From the IMG/VR virus record IMGVR_UViG_3300012943_000051, positions 1 through 31,057 of that record: DNA of 31,057 bases, one strand, 5' to 3'. The DNA is from a virus (Duplodnaviria; Caudoviricetes). The translations under genes and the position numbers were made by a program. The first letter of the stretch is position 1. Each line of letters begins with the position of its first letter. Shown here in pieces: positions 8,434-17,411 of this stretch. Below the pieces are notes generated by a model, which ran no database searches, was not told the DNA's origin, and saw only the letters and a list, made by a program, of their open reading frames with translations.

Positions 8434-10141
8434 CCTCGGACCGATACCGGACGACCCGGTCGGGGCGATCGACGAGCTGCGCCGGTTGGCCGCGCAGTGC
8501 GGCAGCGACGCCGAGGCGCGGGCCATCACCAGCCGGATCGCCTCGCTGACCCGGGCTTATCGGATTACCCGCGGGATCGGGATGCCGCTGTCCCCGGTGG
8601 CGCAGGCGAAGGAGATCGACCCGCGCTTCGCCATCCGGCCGCACCTGGACCTGCTCGGTGAGCGGATCGCGGAGAACGTGCGGGCGGTGGAGCGCGGGCG
8701 CAACCGGATGGTGTGCGTCTCGATGCCGCCGAGAGCGGGCAAGTCCACCCTGATCTCGGTCTACACGCCGCTGTGGCTGCTGCGCCGGCACCCGGAGTGG
8801 CAGATCATCAGCGCCAGCTACGAGGGCGGGCTGCCCGCCGGGTGGGCGCGGCACGTCCGGCGGTTGATCGAGGCGGACCCGAACCTCGGGGTGGCGCTGG
8901 CACCGGACGGTGGGGCGGGCAGCCGGTGGTCGACCATCGAGGGCGGCGGGTTGTACTCGACCTCGGTGCGCGGTGCGCTGACCGGCCGCGGTGCGCGGGT
9001 GCTGCTGATCGACGACCCGGTGCGGGACTTCGTGGAGGCCCACTCGCTGGTGATGCGGCAGAACCTGTGGGACTGGTGGCTGAACGTGGCGCAGACCCGG
9101 CTCGAACCGCCCTACCTCGTGGTGGTCGTGATGACCCGGTGGCACGAGGACGACATGATCGGGCGGCTGCTCTCGGAGGACTACGAGGGCGACCCGCGCC
9201 AGTGGGAGCGGATCAGCCTGCCTGCCCTCGCGGAGGCGGACGACCCGCTCGGCCGGGGTGAGGGCGAGCCGCTGTTGTCCCCGCTGCTGACCGAGGACCG
9301 GAACGCGGCGATCGATCGGTGGCTGGACGTGAAACGGTCCGTCGGGACCTACACCTTCAGCGCGATGTACCAGCAGCGGCCGGCGCCGGCGAAGGGTGCG
9401 ATCTTCGACAGCGGGTGGTGGCGGTTCTGGACGATGAACTCCGAGCGGGCCACCGAGGACGGCCGGGTGGTCTATCTCGATCCGTCCAAGCTGACCGGCG
9501 GGCGCTGGGTGGACTCGTGGGACATGGCGTTCAAGGGCCGGGTGAAGGACACCGGCGGCGGTGGGTACGTCGTCGGCCAGCGGTGGGTCCGGCAGGGCGA
9601 CAACCGTTACCTGATCGCCCAGCAGCGGGGCCGGTGGTCCTTCGTGGAGTCCATCGCGGCGATGCGGCGGTGGGCCATCGCCGACAACCCGGGGCTGTCG
9701 CCGTGCGGGCACCTGGTGCACGAGCGGCTGATCGAGGAGGCGGCCAACGGGGCGGCCATCATCGACACGCTGAGCGATTCGATCAGCGGCATCAAGCCGA
9801 TCATCGCCAGCCTGGGCAAGGAGGTCCGGGCGCACGCGGTGACACCGGAGATCGAGAGTGGCAACGTCTACCTGCCGCATCCGGCGGACCCGGGCAACGG
9901 GTGGGTGAACGACTACCTCTCGGAGCTGCGGAACTTCCCGAACGATGTGGCCGACGACCAGGTGGACGCGACGACGCAGGCGCTGGCGGTGCTGCGGGTC
10001 GGCCGGCGCGGGCAGATCACCGTGCCCGGACGCCTCGCGCTGACCACCGGCAACCCGCAGTGGCAGGTCGGCCGGGACTACGCCCGAGCGGCGCTGTCCG
10101 ACCTGAACCGGCCGCGAGGTCGCCCGGCCGGCAGGTCCTAG
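8408..10141 (+). CDS. terL: terminase large subunit
   Basis: Walker A SMPPRAGKS, Walker B LLIDDP, VMTRWHEDD, nuclease motifs SWDMAFK and DDQVDA. Confidence 0.95.
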   Translation: MMTPSSQADLGPIPDDPVGAIDELRRLAAQCGSDAEARAITSRIASLTRAYRITRGIGMPLSPVAQAKEIDPRFAIRPHLDLLGERIAENVRAVERGRNRMVCVSMPPRAGKSTLISVYTPLWLLRRHPEWQIISASYEGGLPAGWARHVRRLIEADPNLGVALAPDGGAGSRWSTIEGGGLYSTSVRGALTGRGARVLLIDDPVRDFVEAHSLVMRQNLWDWWLNVAQTRLEPPYLVVVVMTRWHEDDMIGRLLSEDYEGDPRQWERISLPALAEADDPLGRGEGEPLLSPLLTEDRNAAIDRWLDVKRSVGTYTFSAMYQQRPAPAKGAIFDSGWWRFWTMNSERATEDGRVVYLDPSKLTGGRWVDSWDMAFKGRVKDTGGGGYVVGQRWVRQGDNRYLIAQQRGRWSFVESIAAMRRWAIADNPGLSPCGHLVHERLIEEAANGAAIIDTLSDSISGIKPIIASLGKEVRAHAVTPEIESGNVYLPHPADPGNGWVNDYLSELRNFPNDVADDQVDATTQALAVLRVGRRGQITVPGRLALTTGNPQWQVGRDYARAALSDLNRPRGRPAGRS

Positions 10142-10659
10142 CCCAGGATCAGCCTCAGTCTGGTACCCGGAGTCGGGGTGTCCTGCGAGCCGAAGATCGC
10201 CACCCGGACCGCGTTGATCGTGATCCACTGCGCGGTCGGTGGGTAGACGGGCCTGCCGCCCACGACGTACTGGCGGAAGGCGGTGACCGGCGGCGTGTCC
10301 GGGTCGTCGGTCAGCACGATGGTGTCCCCGACATCGAGCCCGGACAGGTCGTGCAGTGTGTCGTCGACGTCGGTGAGGGACAGCTGGATCTTCCGATTCG
10401 TCTCGCCCAGCACCTCGATGTGCACGCCGCCCGGTTCCACCGGCATCGAGGTAGTCCACTCCCAGACCCCGGCGTCACCGCCGCTGGTCGCGGGCAGCCG
10501 GGAGTACAGGTCCGTGATGGAGGCCAGCACCGAGGCGTTCTGCTGCTGCTGGGCGGCCAGGTACGAGGCGGTGCCCTGCATCAGCTCGACCCCTCGGTCG
10601 TACAGGTACTCGGGCGTGGGCAGGTCCCCGGGAGGTGTCGGCGTGAACGTCATGGACAT
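10138..10659 (-). CDS. hypothetical beta-rich protein, possibly a virion accessory protein
   Basis: Good codon bias on the minus strand; stop shares CTAG with the terL stop; start at 10653, 10659 or 10671. Confidence 0.65.
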   Translation of the reverse strand: MSMTFTPTPPGDLPTPEYLYDRGVELMQGTASYLAAQQQQNASVLASITDLYSRLPATSGGDAGVWEWTTSMPVEPGGVHIEVLGETNRKIQLSLTDVDDTLHDLSGLDVGDTIVLTDDPDTPPVTAFRQYVVGGRPVYPPTAQWITINAVRVAIFGSQDTPTPGTRLRLILG

Positions 10660-10669
10660 ACCCTGGACC

Positions 10670-10810
10670 ATGCCCGGGAGAGGCAAGTACAGGAGCATCA
10701 AGCTGCCGCGCGTCTACAACGCCCTCAAGCGCAAGGGCTACAGCAAGAGCAAGGCGGCGGCGATCAGCAACGCGATGGCGAACGGGTCGATCAACCGACG
10801 GCGGAAGTAG
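10670..10810 (+). CDS. small basic protein (46 aa)
   Basis: MPGRGKYRSIKLPRVYNALKRKGYSKSKAAAISNA; typical codons; TACCCT 5 nt before the ATG. Confidence 0.65.
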   Translation: MPGRGKYRSIKLPRVYNALKRKGYSKSKAAAISNAMANGSINRRRK

Positions 10811-10864
10811 CCCAAAGCGGCATCGGCGCTGGTCCGGTCGGGGTGCGCACCCTACCCTTGGCCC

Positions 10865-12922
10865 ATGCCTGAGCACGCTGCACTGCTGGCCCTTACCTCG
10901 ATGACGGCCGACGGCTGCGTGCCGTGCGCGCAGCGGTCCGCCGCGGTGCTGACGGTGGGGTACGACGCCGACGGGCGCGGTGTGTCGGCCGATCGAGTGA
11001 ATCTGGCTGACGACGTGGGGGATTCAGAGACCGACGCGACTTATACCCATACAACCCAGTGGTCCGGCGTGATCGGCGTCGAGGGCGAGCTGACCGGCGA
11101 CGGGCGGTTGATCGAACCGAACGCACTGCGCTGGGAGAACCTGCCGCTGCCGCTGCGCTACGTCAGCTCGGACGTGGGTGCGCACGACGGCGCGGTGGTG
11201 GTCGGCCGGATCACCTCGATCACCCGGGCCGACGGCGGCCAGATTCTCGGTGAGGGCGACTTCGACGTGTCCTCGACGTGGGGCGCGGAGGCCGCCCGGC
11301 AGGTCGGAGAGGGGCTGACCAACGGGGTCTCGATGGACCTGGACGACGTGGACTTCGAGCTGCGCATCGCGGGCGAGTTGATGGAGGACGACGGCCTGCT
11401 GCTGCCGATGTTCCTGGCCAGCGAGTCCCTCGATGCAGGCGAGGACACCGAGGACACGCCGTCCGACGAGCCCGAGACCGATGCCGACGGGCGGGTCACC
11501 GTGGCCACCATGAACGCTGACGACGAGGTGCGGGTGACCACCTCGGGCCGGATCAGGGCGGCGACCATCGTGGCGATTCCGGCTTTTGTAAACGCCCGTA
11601 TAGAGTTGACTGGTGAGCAAGCCGAAGACGCCAGCCTCGGAGCGGGTCTGGAAGCACATTCAGCGGGGAGCACCGGACGAGTGCTGGCTCTGGACGGGGT
11701 GGGCTTTCGCCCCGAAGCGCAATGGGGTACTGCGCGCGTACATCACCGAGGGTGGTCGGAGTCGGAAGTTCAAGGTCGTGGCCCGAGTGCTCTGGGAGAG
11801 TACGCAGGGTCCGATCCCACCGGGCCTGACCGTGGACCACACCTGCCAGAACACACTGTGCTGCAACGTATTCAGGCACTTCGAGCTGGTAACGGCAGCG
11901 GAGAACACGGCGCGGTACAACCGGGCGCGTGCTTTGTCGCTGTCAACCACCTGTGGGTTTGGGCACCCATTCAGCGAACAGAACACGCTGCTGGCGATGC
12001 GCCGACGCAAGGATGGTTCCACGTACGAGGTGCGGACCTGTCGAGCTTGCAAGTACGACCACGCTCGGAACCAGCGGACCTCGGACGGGGAGTTGGTTCG
12101 GACTCCCGCGTGGGTCTGACCGCGGCTGTCCCGGTCGATCCGCCCGCTGCCTGGTTCTCCAACCCGAACCTGCGCGAGCCGACCGCGATGCACTACGGCG
12201 ACGACGGCCGGGTGTACGGGCACATGGCGCTGTGGGGTACCTGCCACGTCGGCATCGGCCAGCACAACGGGACCTGCACCCCGCCGCCGCACTCAGCCAG
12301 CAACTACCAGCACTTCCACACCGGGGCGCTGCGCACCGCCGAGGGCAGCGAGATCGCGGTCGGGCACATCACTCTCGACACCCGGCACGCACCCGGCGCG
12401 GCGAATGCGGTGCGGGCGATGGCGCACTACGACCACACCGGGATGGTGGCGGCGGACGTGCGGGTGGGCGAGGACTCGCACGGCATCTGGGTGGCCGGCG
12501 CACTGCGGCCGGACGTGACCCCGACGCAGATGCGGGACCTGCGCAGCGCTCCCCTCAGTGGGGACTGGCGGCGGATCGGGTTCGCGCTGGAGATGGTGGC
12601 GAGCCTGTGCGTGAACGTGCCGGGGTACGGGGTCCCGCGACCCTCGGGCCTGGTCGCGGGCGGAGCTGTGGTCTCCCTGGTTGCGGCGGGGATGGTGGCT
12701 CCGAGGAAGGTCCGTCGACCGGGCACCGAGGGCGCGCTGAGCCTGGACGACCTGCGCTACCTCAAGCGGCTGGCCGACCGCGAGCGGGCCGAGGAGGCAG
12801 CGTTGGTGGCCTCTGGTTCGCTCGACACGGCCTCGGAGCTGGCCCGCCGGGTGCGGGCGTCCAGCCTGGCGATGCGGGTCCACCACCCGGCCAATCACCG
12901 GCCCGATCGAGGAGGGCAGTAG
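10865..12922 (+). CDS. capsid maturation protease (two-domain) with an in-frame insertion in the linker
   Basis: EGELTGDGR, AHDGAVVVGRI, GVSMDLDD and IRAATIVAIPAF; C-terminal domain PPAAWF.NP, GRVYGH.A.WGTCH and LSGDWR. Confidence 0.8.
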   Translation: MPEHAALLALTSMTADGCVPCAQRSAAVLTVGYDADGRGVSADRVNLADDVGDSETDATYTHTTQWSGVIGVEGELTGDGRLIEPNALRWENLPLPLRYVSSDVGAHDGAVVVGRITSITRADGGQILGEGDFDVSSTWGAEAARQVGEGLTNGVSMDLDDVDFELRIAGELMEDDGLLLPMFLASESLDAGEDTEDTPSDEPETDADGRVTVATMNADDEVRVTTSGRIRAATIVAIPAFVNARIELTGEQAEDASLGAGLEAHSAGSTGRVLALDGVGFRPEAQWGTARVHHRGWSESEVQGRGPSALGEYAGSDPTGPDRGPHLPEHTVLQRIQALRAGNGSGEHGAVQPGACFVAVNHLWVWAPIQRTEHAAGDAPTQGWFHVRGADLSSLQVRPRSEPADLGRGVGSDSRVGLTAAVPVDPPAAWFSNPNLREPTAMHYGDDGRVYGHMALWGTCHVGIGQHNGTCTPPPHSASNYQHFHTGALRTAEGSEIAVGHITLDTRHAPGAANAVRAMAHYDHTGMVAADVRVGEDSHGIWVAGALRPDVTPTQMRDLRSAPLSGDWRRIGFALEMVASLCVNVPGYGVPRPSGLVAGGAVVSLVAAGMVAPRKVRRPGTEGALSLDDLRYLKRLADRERAEEAALVASGSLDTASELARRVRASSLAMRVHHPANHRPDRGGQ
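11613..12119 (+). CDS. HNH homing endonuclease nested in the +1 frame inside the protease gene
   Basis: ECWLWTG, GPIPPGLTVDHTCQNTLCCN..HFELVT..EN and a C-terminal CxxGH...CxxC. Confidence 0.9.
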   Translation: MSKPKTPASERVWKHIQRGAPDECWLWTGWAFAPKRNGVLRAYITEGGRSRKFKVVARVLWESTQGPIPPGLTVDHTCQNTLCCNVFRHFELVTAAENTARYNRARALSLSTTCGFGHPFSEQNTLLAMRRRKDGSTYEVRTCRACKYDHARNQRTSDGELVRTPAWV

Positions 12923-12931
12923 GATAGCTAT

Positions 12932-13357
12932 GTGGAAAGAATCGACCCACTGATCCGGCTGCTTCGGAACTGCGACTGGGAGGACGGATGTCTGGTCTGG
13001 CAGGGGAGCGGGCCGAGGGAGTACGGAACGTTTCAACCCGGGACGCGTGCCTTAGATCCGAAAGAATACGTGCACCGGTTCGCGTACTTGAGGTTCGTGG
13101 GTTTGATCCCATCGGGCAAAGAGATCGACCACGTCGCCGCCCGTGGCTGCCACTCGAAGCGATGCATTCTCCCGTGGCACCTCGAAGCGGTGACTCACAG
13201 GGAGAATCGGAACAGGGCTCGACTCAAGGTGTGCCGAGCGGGGAAGCATGACCTCACCGATCCAGCCAACGTCAGATGGGATGGGAATGGTTGTCGTAGA
13301 GGCTGTCTCATCTGTCATCGCGAGCGAGCACTCGCCCGCTATCACGAGAGGGTGTGA
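12932..13357 (+). CDS. free-standing HNH homing endonuclease
   Basis: GCLVWQG, YVHR, EIDH...C..KRC..PWHLEAVT..EN and C..GKH...CLIC; lower GC than its neighbours. Confidence 0.9.
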   Translation: MERIDPLIRLLRNCDWEDGCLVWQGSGPREYGTFQPGTRALDPKEYVHRFAYLRFVGLIPSGKEIDHVAARGCHSKRCILPWHLEAVTHRENRNRARLKVCRAGKHDLTDPANVRWDGNGCRRGCLICHRERALARYHERV

Positions 13358-13608
13358 GTCCGACGAGCTGTAACTGCGGCGGCAAGGGCAAGAACAAGAC
13401 CGCCACCACGACCACCCAGAAGGCCGGGGCCGGTCAGGGCAGCCGGCCGACGAACATCGTGCCGGCCCAGCCGGTGAAGTCGGCGACTGGTCGGACGCAG
13501 ACCTTCACCCTGTTCGACGGCGCGGGGCCGGTGCAGTCCTTCGGCTCCCGGCTGGAGGCGGAGGCGGCCCGGGTCCGGCGCGGTGGCACGGTGTACGTCA
13601 CCGGCTAA
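13354..13608 (+). CDS. small head-module protein with an N-terminal CNCGG motif
   Basis: SCNCGG...SRLEAEAARVRRGG; GTGA overlap; follows the protease region. Confidence 0.7.
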   Translation: MSPTSCNCGGKGKNKTATTTTQKAGAGQGSRPTNIVPAQPVKSATGRTQTFTLFDGAGPVQSFGSRLEAEAARVRRGGTVYVTG

Positions 13609-13636
13609 CCCGAACCCGACCTGTCTCGACTATGAA

Positions 13637-14425
13637 CTACCGCGAAGGTTTGTCAGCTCCGACGATCACGCAGCGGCAGTTGGCGGTCTGGCCGGTCGGT
13701 GCGGACGGGTCGCCGGGGTAGGGGAGGGTGTAGCCGCCGACGACGAACGAGCCGGTGAGCGGCACGGTCTGGCCGCTGGCGGAGGCGTGCGCGGGCCGGA
13801 CGTGCCGGTCGTGGTGGGAGACCCACCGCTTGTACTTCACACCGGCCCGGCCGAGGTCGACCAGCGAGGAGACGCCATAGGCTGCGGTGGCCTCGGTGCG
13901 GGCAATTCGCTCGGCGGTCGTTGCGTAGGTGAAGCCGCCCTCCTCGATGGTTGGGGCCCCTGCCGCGTCCGAAGGATCCTGGGTTCGCACCGAGGTGCCG
14001 CGGTCCGGGGCCAGCGCCAGCCGCAGCTCGGCGGTGGTCTTGGGCCGGGACCAGCTCTGCTGGGTGGAGGCGGTGAGCACCTCGACCGCGCTCGAATACG
14101 CCCGCGACGGCAGGTTCGACGACCGCAGCCGCTGCTGCATCCCGCGCAGGTACGCCTCGACGAAGGGGTCGGTGCCCTTACCGCGGCCGAAGAACCGGCC
14201 CACCGTGCGGCCGAAGCCCTCGACCACGGTCTCCCATAACCCGAGCACCGAGCCGAGGGTGAAGGGGTTGCGACCGGCGGCCAGCAGCACCGCGGTCGGC
14301 AGTGAGTCCTGGGCGGCGGAGTTCACCTCGCGCAGGAACACCCGCAGCGAGCGGTCCATCTCCCCGGTCAACTGGCGGTCCAGCCGGGCTCGGCCGGCGG
14401 TGGCGGCACCGGGCGATTCAGGCAT
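13637..14425 (-). CDS. MuF-like minor capsid (head morphogenesis) protein
   Basis: RIARTEAT, KRWVSHHDRHVRPAH and YPGDP...ANCRC. Confidence 0.88.
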   Translation of the reverse strand: MPESPGAATAGRARLDRQLTGEMDRSLRVFLREVNSAAQDSLPTAVLLAAGRNPFTLGSVLGLWETVVEGFGRTVGRFFGRGKGTDPFVEAYLRGMQQRLRSSNLPSRAYSSAVEVLTASTQQSWSRPKTTAELRLALAPDRGTSVRTQDPSDAAGAPTIEEGGFTYATTAERIARTEATAAYGVSSLVDLGRAGVKYKRWVSHHDRHVRPAHASASGQTVPLTGSFVVGGYTLPYPGDPSAPTGQTANCRCVIVGADKPSR

Positions 14426-14885
14426 CGACGGACTCCCGCCCTCGGGCCGGGGTCGTGGCCGTGAGCACCACGTAGACCGGCAGGTGCAGCTGGGTCTCGA
14501 AGCGGTAGTGCAGCTCGGCCAGGGTGTGCGGGGTGCCGGTGATCACCAGGTCGTGCACGTAGGCGTCGAGGCAGGCGGTCACCTGCAGCGCGGTGATGTT
14601 GCAGCAGCCGTGCGTGTTGAGCATGGCCGGGATGACGTCCCAGGCCCCGCGCAGCGCCTTGTCGACGATGTCGTCGGTGTCCTGCCAGCGGGTGTGCACC
14701 TGGTGCAGCGGGGTGCGGGCCGCGGCGGCCTCGGCGAACCGGCTGCGCCCGCCGACCCGGAGCAGCCAGCGGCCCATCGCCTCCAGCGCCTTGACCACCA
14801 GCACGTCGCAGACGGCGAGCAGGATCTGGCTCTGGTCGTGCGGGGTCTGCTGCCCGCAGACCGGGCAGCGGGCCTCGTCGATCAT
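14418..14885 (-). CDS. hypothetical protein coupled to the portal gene
   Basis: ATGA overlap with the portal stop; MIDEARCPVCG...VCDVLVVKALEAMGRWL...GAW...GTPH. Confidence 0.7.
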   Translation of the reverse strand: MIDEARCPVCGQQTPHDQSQILLAVCDVLVVKALEAMGRWLLRVGGRSRFAEAAAARTPLHQVHTRWQDTDDIVDKALRGAWDVIPAMLNTHGCCNITALQVTACLDAYVHDLVITGTPHTLAELHYRFETQLHLPVYVVLTATTPARGRESVDA

Positions 14886-16603
14886 CCGACGTACACCCGC
14901 CCGTTGCCGCTGACACCACTCGCAGCCAGTCCACCGGCCTCGGCCGGCGGCACTGACGGCGGTGCGCCGTCGGTGGTCGGCACCCCGCCACCCTCGGGCA
15001 CCCTCGGCGGCGGCGGCGCGGGTGGCAGGTTGCCGGTTGCTGCTGCCCCACCCGGAGCAGCAGGAGCAGGGGCCGCGGGCTCCGCCGTCGGGTCGCTGAC
15101 CATCGGGATGTCGCCGGCCAGCACCGCCCGGATCTGGGCCACCAACTGCGGGATGCCGGGGTTCTGCACCAGGGTCGGCGAGGTGCGGGCCATCTCCAGG
15201 GCCAGCACGACCTCCTGCGGCAGGACGGCGGCGACGGCCGGTGCGTCCGACTCGTCGAAGCCGGTGGCGTTGCGCACCGTCTCGTCGCTGATCACGCCGC
15301 GCTGGTGCAGGGCGAGCGCGTCCTGGCTCCGGTTCGGCCGGACCACCAGGTCGCTCACGTCGTACCAGACGACGTATTGCCGGGCGGCGTCCTCGTCCAT
15401 GCCCTGGGCGATCAGCACCGGCCAGAGGTACTGAGTGGTCAGCGCGTCGCAGATCAGCGCCAGCGGCGGCTCCAGGTGGGTGGTGACCACGTCCTCCTGG
15501 ACCAGCCAGGCTCCCCAGTGGTTCATCCCCGACGTGCCGAGCAGCAACTCGGGCGGGGCGTCCTGACCTAGCGCCAACCGGCGGATCGCCTCGTCCCGCA
15601 GGTTCCGGCTCTCGGTGTCCAGCGGCTTGGCGAAGGTGATGAACTCGAACAGCCCGGCCGCGTCGTCCGGCACCGTGACCACCAGCGGTACCAGCGCGGA
15701 GGCGTTGGCCCGGTCCTCGATGGGCTTGAGCATGGCCTCCATCAGGGCCTCGGTGAACTGGTCGGTCATCTCGTCCTCGGGGATGCCCGCGGCGATCTGC
15801 AGTGCCCGCTGCGCCGACTGCGGCACGATGAGCAGCCCGGCCCCGGCCAGGCGAGAGTCCACCTGTGCGGAGATGTGCATGGTCAGGCCGACCAGCTCGC
15901 GCAGGACAGGCAGGCTCGACCTGGTCGGGGAGTCGGCCTCCCAGAACCGCCGCGGGTGCGGTCGCCAGACCCGGATCAGCCAGATGTCCTCCGGCTCGAC
16001 CTTGATCTGCTCCTTCTCGCCGTCGCCGAGCGCAAGCTGCACCTGGCCACCGGCCGAGCTGCTCACCTCGGAGACCGAGAGCATCCGCCATTCCAGGTCC
16101 TCGATGTCCAGCTCGCCGTCTTCGGTGCCGGGCCGGATACCAAGGCTGGCACCGCTCGGGCCGACCGAGACCGACCGGACCTGGGTCTCGTCCAGCGACA
16201 GCCCGCCGCGCAGCGTCTCAGGCAGCAGAGTGCGCGGGATGCCGGCCAGCCAGCCGTCGCCGGCGACGAACAGGTTGATGCCCATCCGGTTGAGGATCGC
16301 CGAGCGGCCGGCCATCGAGGACCCGAAGGCTTTCAGAACGGCGGCCACGTCGGTGTTCTCGGTGGGCACCGGATCGTCGGTGTCGTCCTGCGGCATGGTG
16401 CCGACGTAGAGCTTGGCCTGGGCCAGCCGACCGGCCAGCGTGGTGGCCAGGAAGCGTTGCTCACCGACCAGGTCGAACATCTCCCAGGCGTCCTCCTGCC
16501 AGCTCTTGGCGTTGGAACCCTGCCGCGTCATGGTGCGGTTGGTGAGGCGGCGGGCGGAGGCGACGAGTGAGGTCAGCGGGCGCGGCCCGGCAGGCGCGGT
16601 CAT
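14882..16603 (-). CDS. portal protein
   Basis: WQEDAWEMFDLVGE, RVWRPHPRR..EADSP, SRLAGAGLL, RRLALGQDAPPELLLG and NHWGAW; Pro/Ala-rich tail. Confidence 0.88.
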   Translation of the reverse strand: MTAPAGPRPLTSLVASARRLTNRTMTRQGSNAKSWQEDAWEMFDLVGEQRFLATTLAGRLAQAKLYVGTMPQDDTDDPVPTENTDVAAVLKAFGSSMAGRSAILNRMGINLFVAGDGWLAGIPRTLLPETLRGGLSLDETQVRSVSVGPSGASLGIRPGTEDGELDIEDLEWRMLSVSEVSSSAGGQVQLALGDGEKEQIKVEPEDIWLIRVWRPHPRRFWEADSPTRSSLPVLRELVGLTMHISAQVDSRLAGAGLLIVPQSAQRALQIAAGIPEDEMTDQFTEALMEAMLKPIEDRANASALVPLVVTVPDDAAGLFEFITFAKPLDTESRNLRDEAIRRLALGQDAPPELLLGTSGMNHWGAWLVQEDVVTTHLEPPLALICDALTTQYLWPVLIAQGMDEDAARQYVVWYDVSDLVVRPNRSQDALALHQRGVISDETVRNATGFDESDAPAVAAVLPQEVVLALEMARTSPTLVQNPGIPQLVAQIRAVLAGDIPMVSDPTAEPAAPAPAAPGGAAATGNLPPAPPPPRVPEGGGVPTTDGAPPSVPPAEAGGLAASGVSGNGRVYVG

Positions 16604-16613
16604 GGCAAGAAGG

Positions 16614-16820
16614 CTAGGTGGACGGCTCTACTGCGTCACCATCCCGCACCGCGATCGGCACCATCTCGAACAGCTCGGTCCGGCCGCTGATCGTGTCCAT
16701 GAAGGCGAGCCCGGACTCCTTGTCGTCGAACAGCACTGACGTCAGGACTCGCCAGCCGGGGATCACCGCACCGGTGATGTCGCGGCCCTCGGGTCCGTAG
16801 CGGACCATGCAGTAGGTCAT
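16614..16820 (-). CDS. hypothetical protein
   Basis: ATGA overlap with the upstream gene; typical codon bias. Confidence 0.6.
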   Translation of the reverse strand: MTYCMVRYGPEGRDITGAVIPGWRVLTSVLFDDKESGLAFMDTISGRTELFEMVPIAVRDGDAVEPST

Positions 16821-17158
16821 CCCGCGTCACCGAGCCGACTCGCCAGATGCCCGGCCACTTCGTTGAGGGCCAGGCCGCCGAGCAGGAACCGCCAGGCCCG
16901 GCCGACGCGGGATCGGGAGGAGGTCGACCCCGTGACGGCCAGGATACCGAAGCCTATCCAGGTCCCGACGCAAAACGGGCAGTCCAGGCCGGACACCAGC
17001 CGCTGCCGCGTGCCCTCGGGTATCTCGTCCGGGTCGTAGTCACCGGCCCAGTGGTAGGCCGGGTCCCGCACTGCCCATCGGCCGAGGTCGTCGGTCACCA
17101 CCAGCCGGGTCAGCCGCATCGTGGCTCCGAGCACCAGGACGGCATCGAGCGGCTTCAT
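16817..17158 (-). CDS. DUF1360-like membrane protein
   Basis: ATMRLTRLVVTD...CPFCVGTW plus hydrophobic helices; upstream of the portal gene. Confidence 0.75.
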   Translation of the reverse strand: MKPLDAVLVLGATMRLTRLVVTDDLGRWAVRDPAYHWAGDYDPDEIPEGTRQRLVSGLDCPFCVGTWIGFGILAVTGSTSSRSRVGRAWRFLLGGLALNEVAGHLASRLGDAG

Positions 17159-17296
17159 CGGCTCGGACCCTACCGATGTCGGACCCTGGCCGCGCCTCGA
17201 TCGCCACCGCAGATGCGACCCTCGCCAGCGCGCTTCCGACTCGACGCGACCAGATCCGTCCTGGTCGTATCACGCCCGGCCACAATTAGCAACTAA

Positions 17297-17371
17297 GTGT
17301 GACCTAAGTCACACGGGAAAAGTCCTACAAATCGCCCATTCCTTCCACTTCCGTACTACAATAGTGGTACG
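17297..17371 (+). promoter_or_regulatory. promoter 1: CRP-type box plus TACAAT -10/operator
   Basis: GTGTGACCTAAGTCACAC at 17297-17314; TACAAT at 17357. Confidence 0.8.
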
Positions 17372-17411
17372 TAAGCAAGCAGGCAAGAGTCTCTGAGAGG
17401 GAGAAAGCGAA

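Noticed and set aside
10138-10141. Convergent stop codons sharing CTAG
   Set aside because: A common compact arrangement with no further signal.
8279-10459. Long antisense or alternative-frame ORFs (e.g. 8279-10459, 3813-5264, 13929-15434, 9319-10872)
   Set aside because: They are shadows of GC3-rich real genes, with Arg/Pro/Gly-rich translations and no motifs, unlike the nested nucleases.
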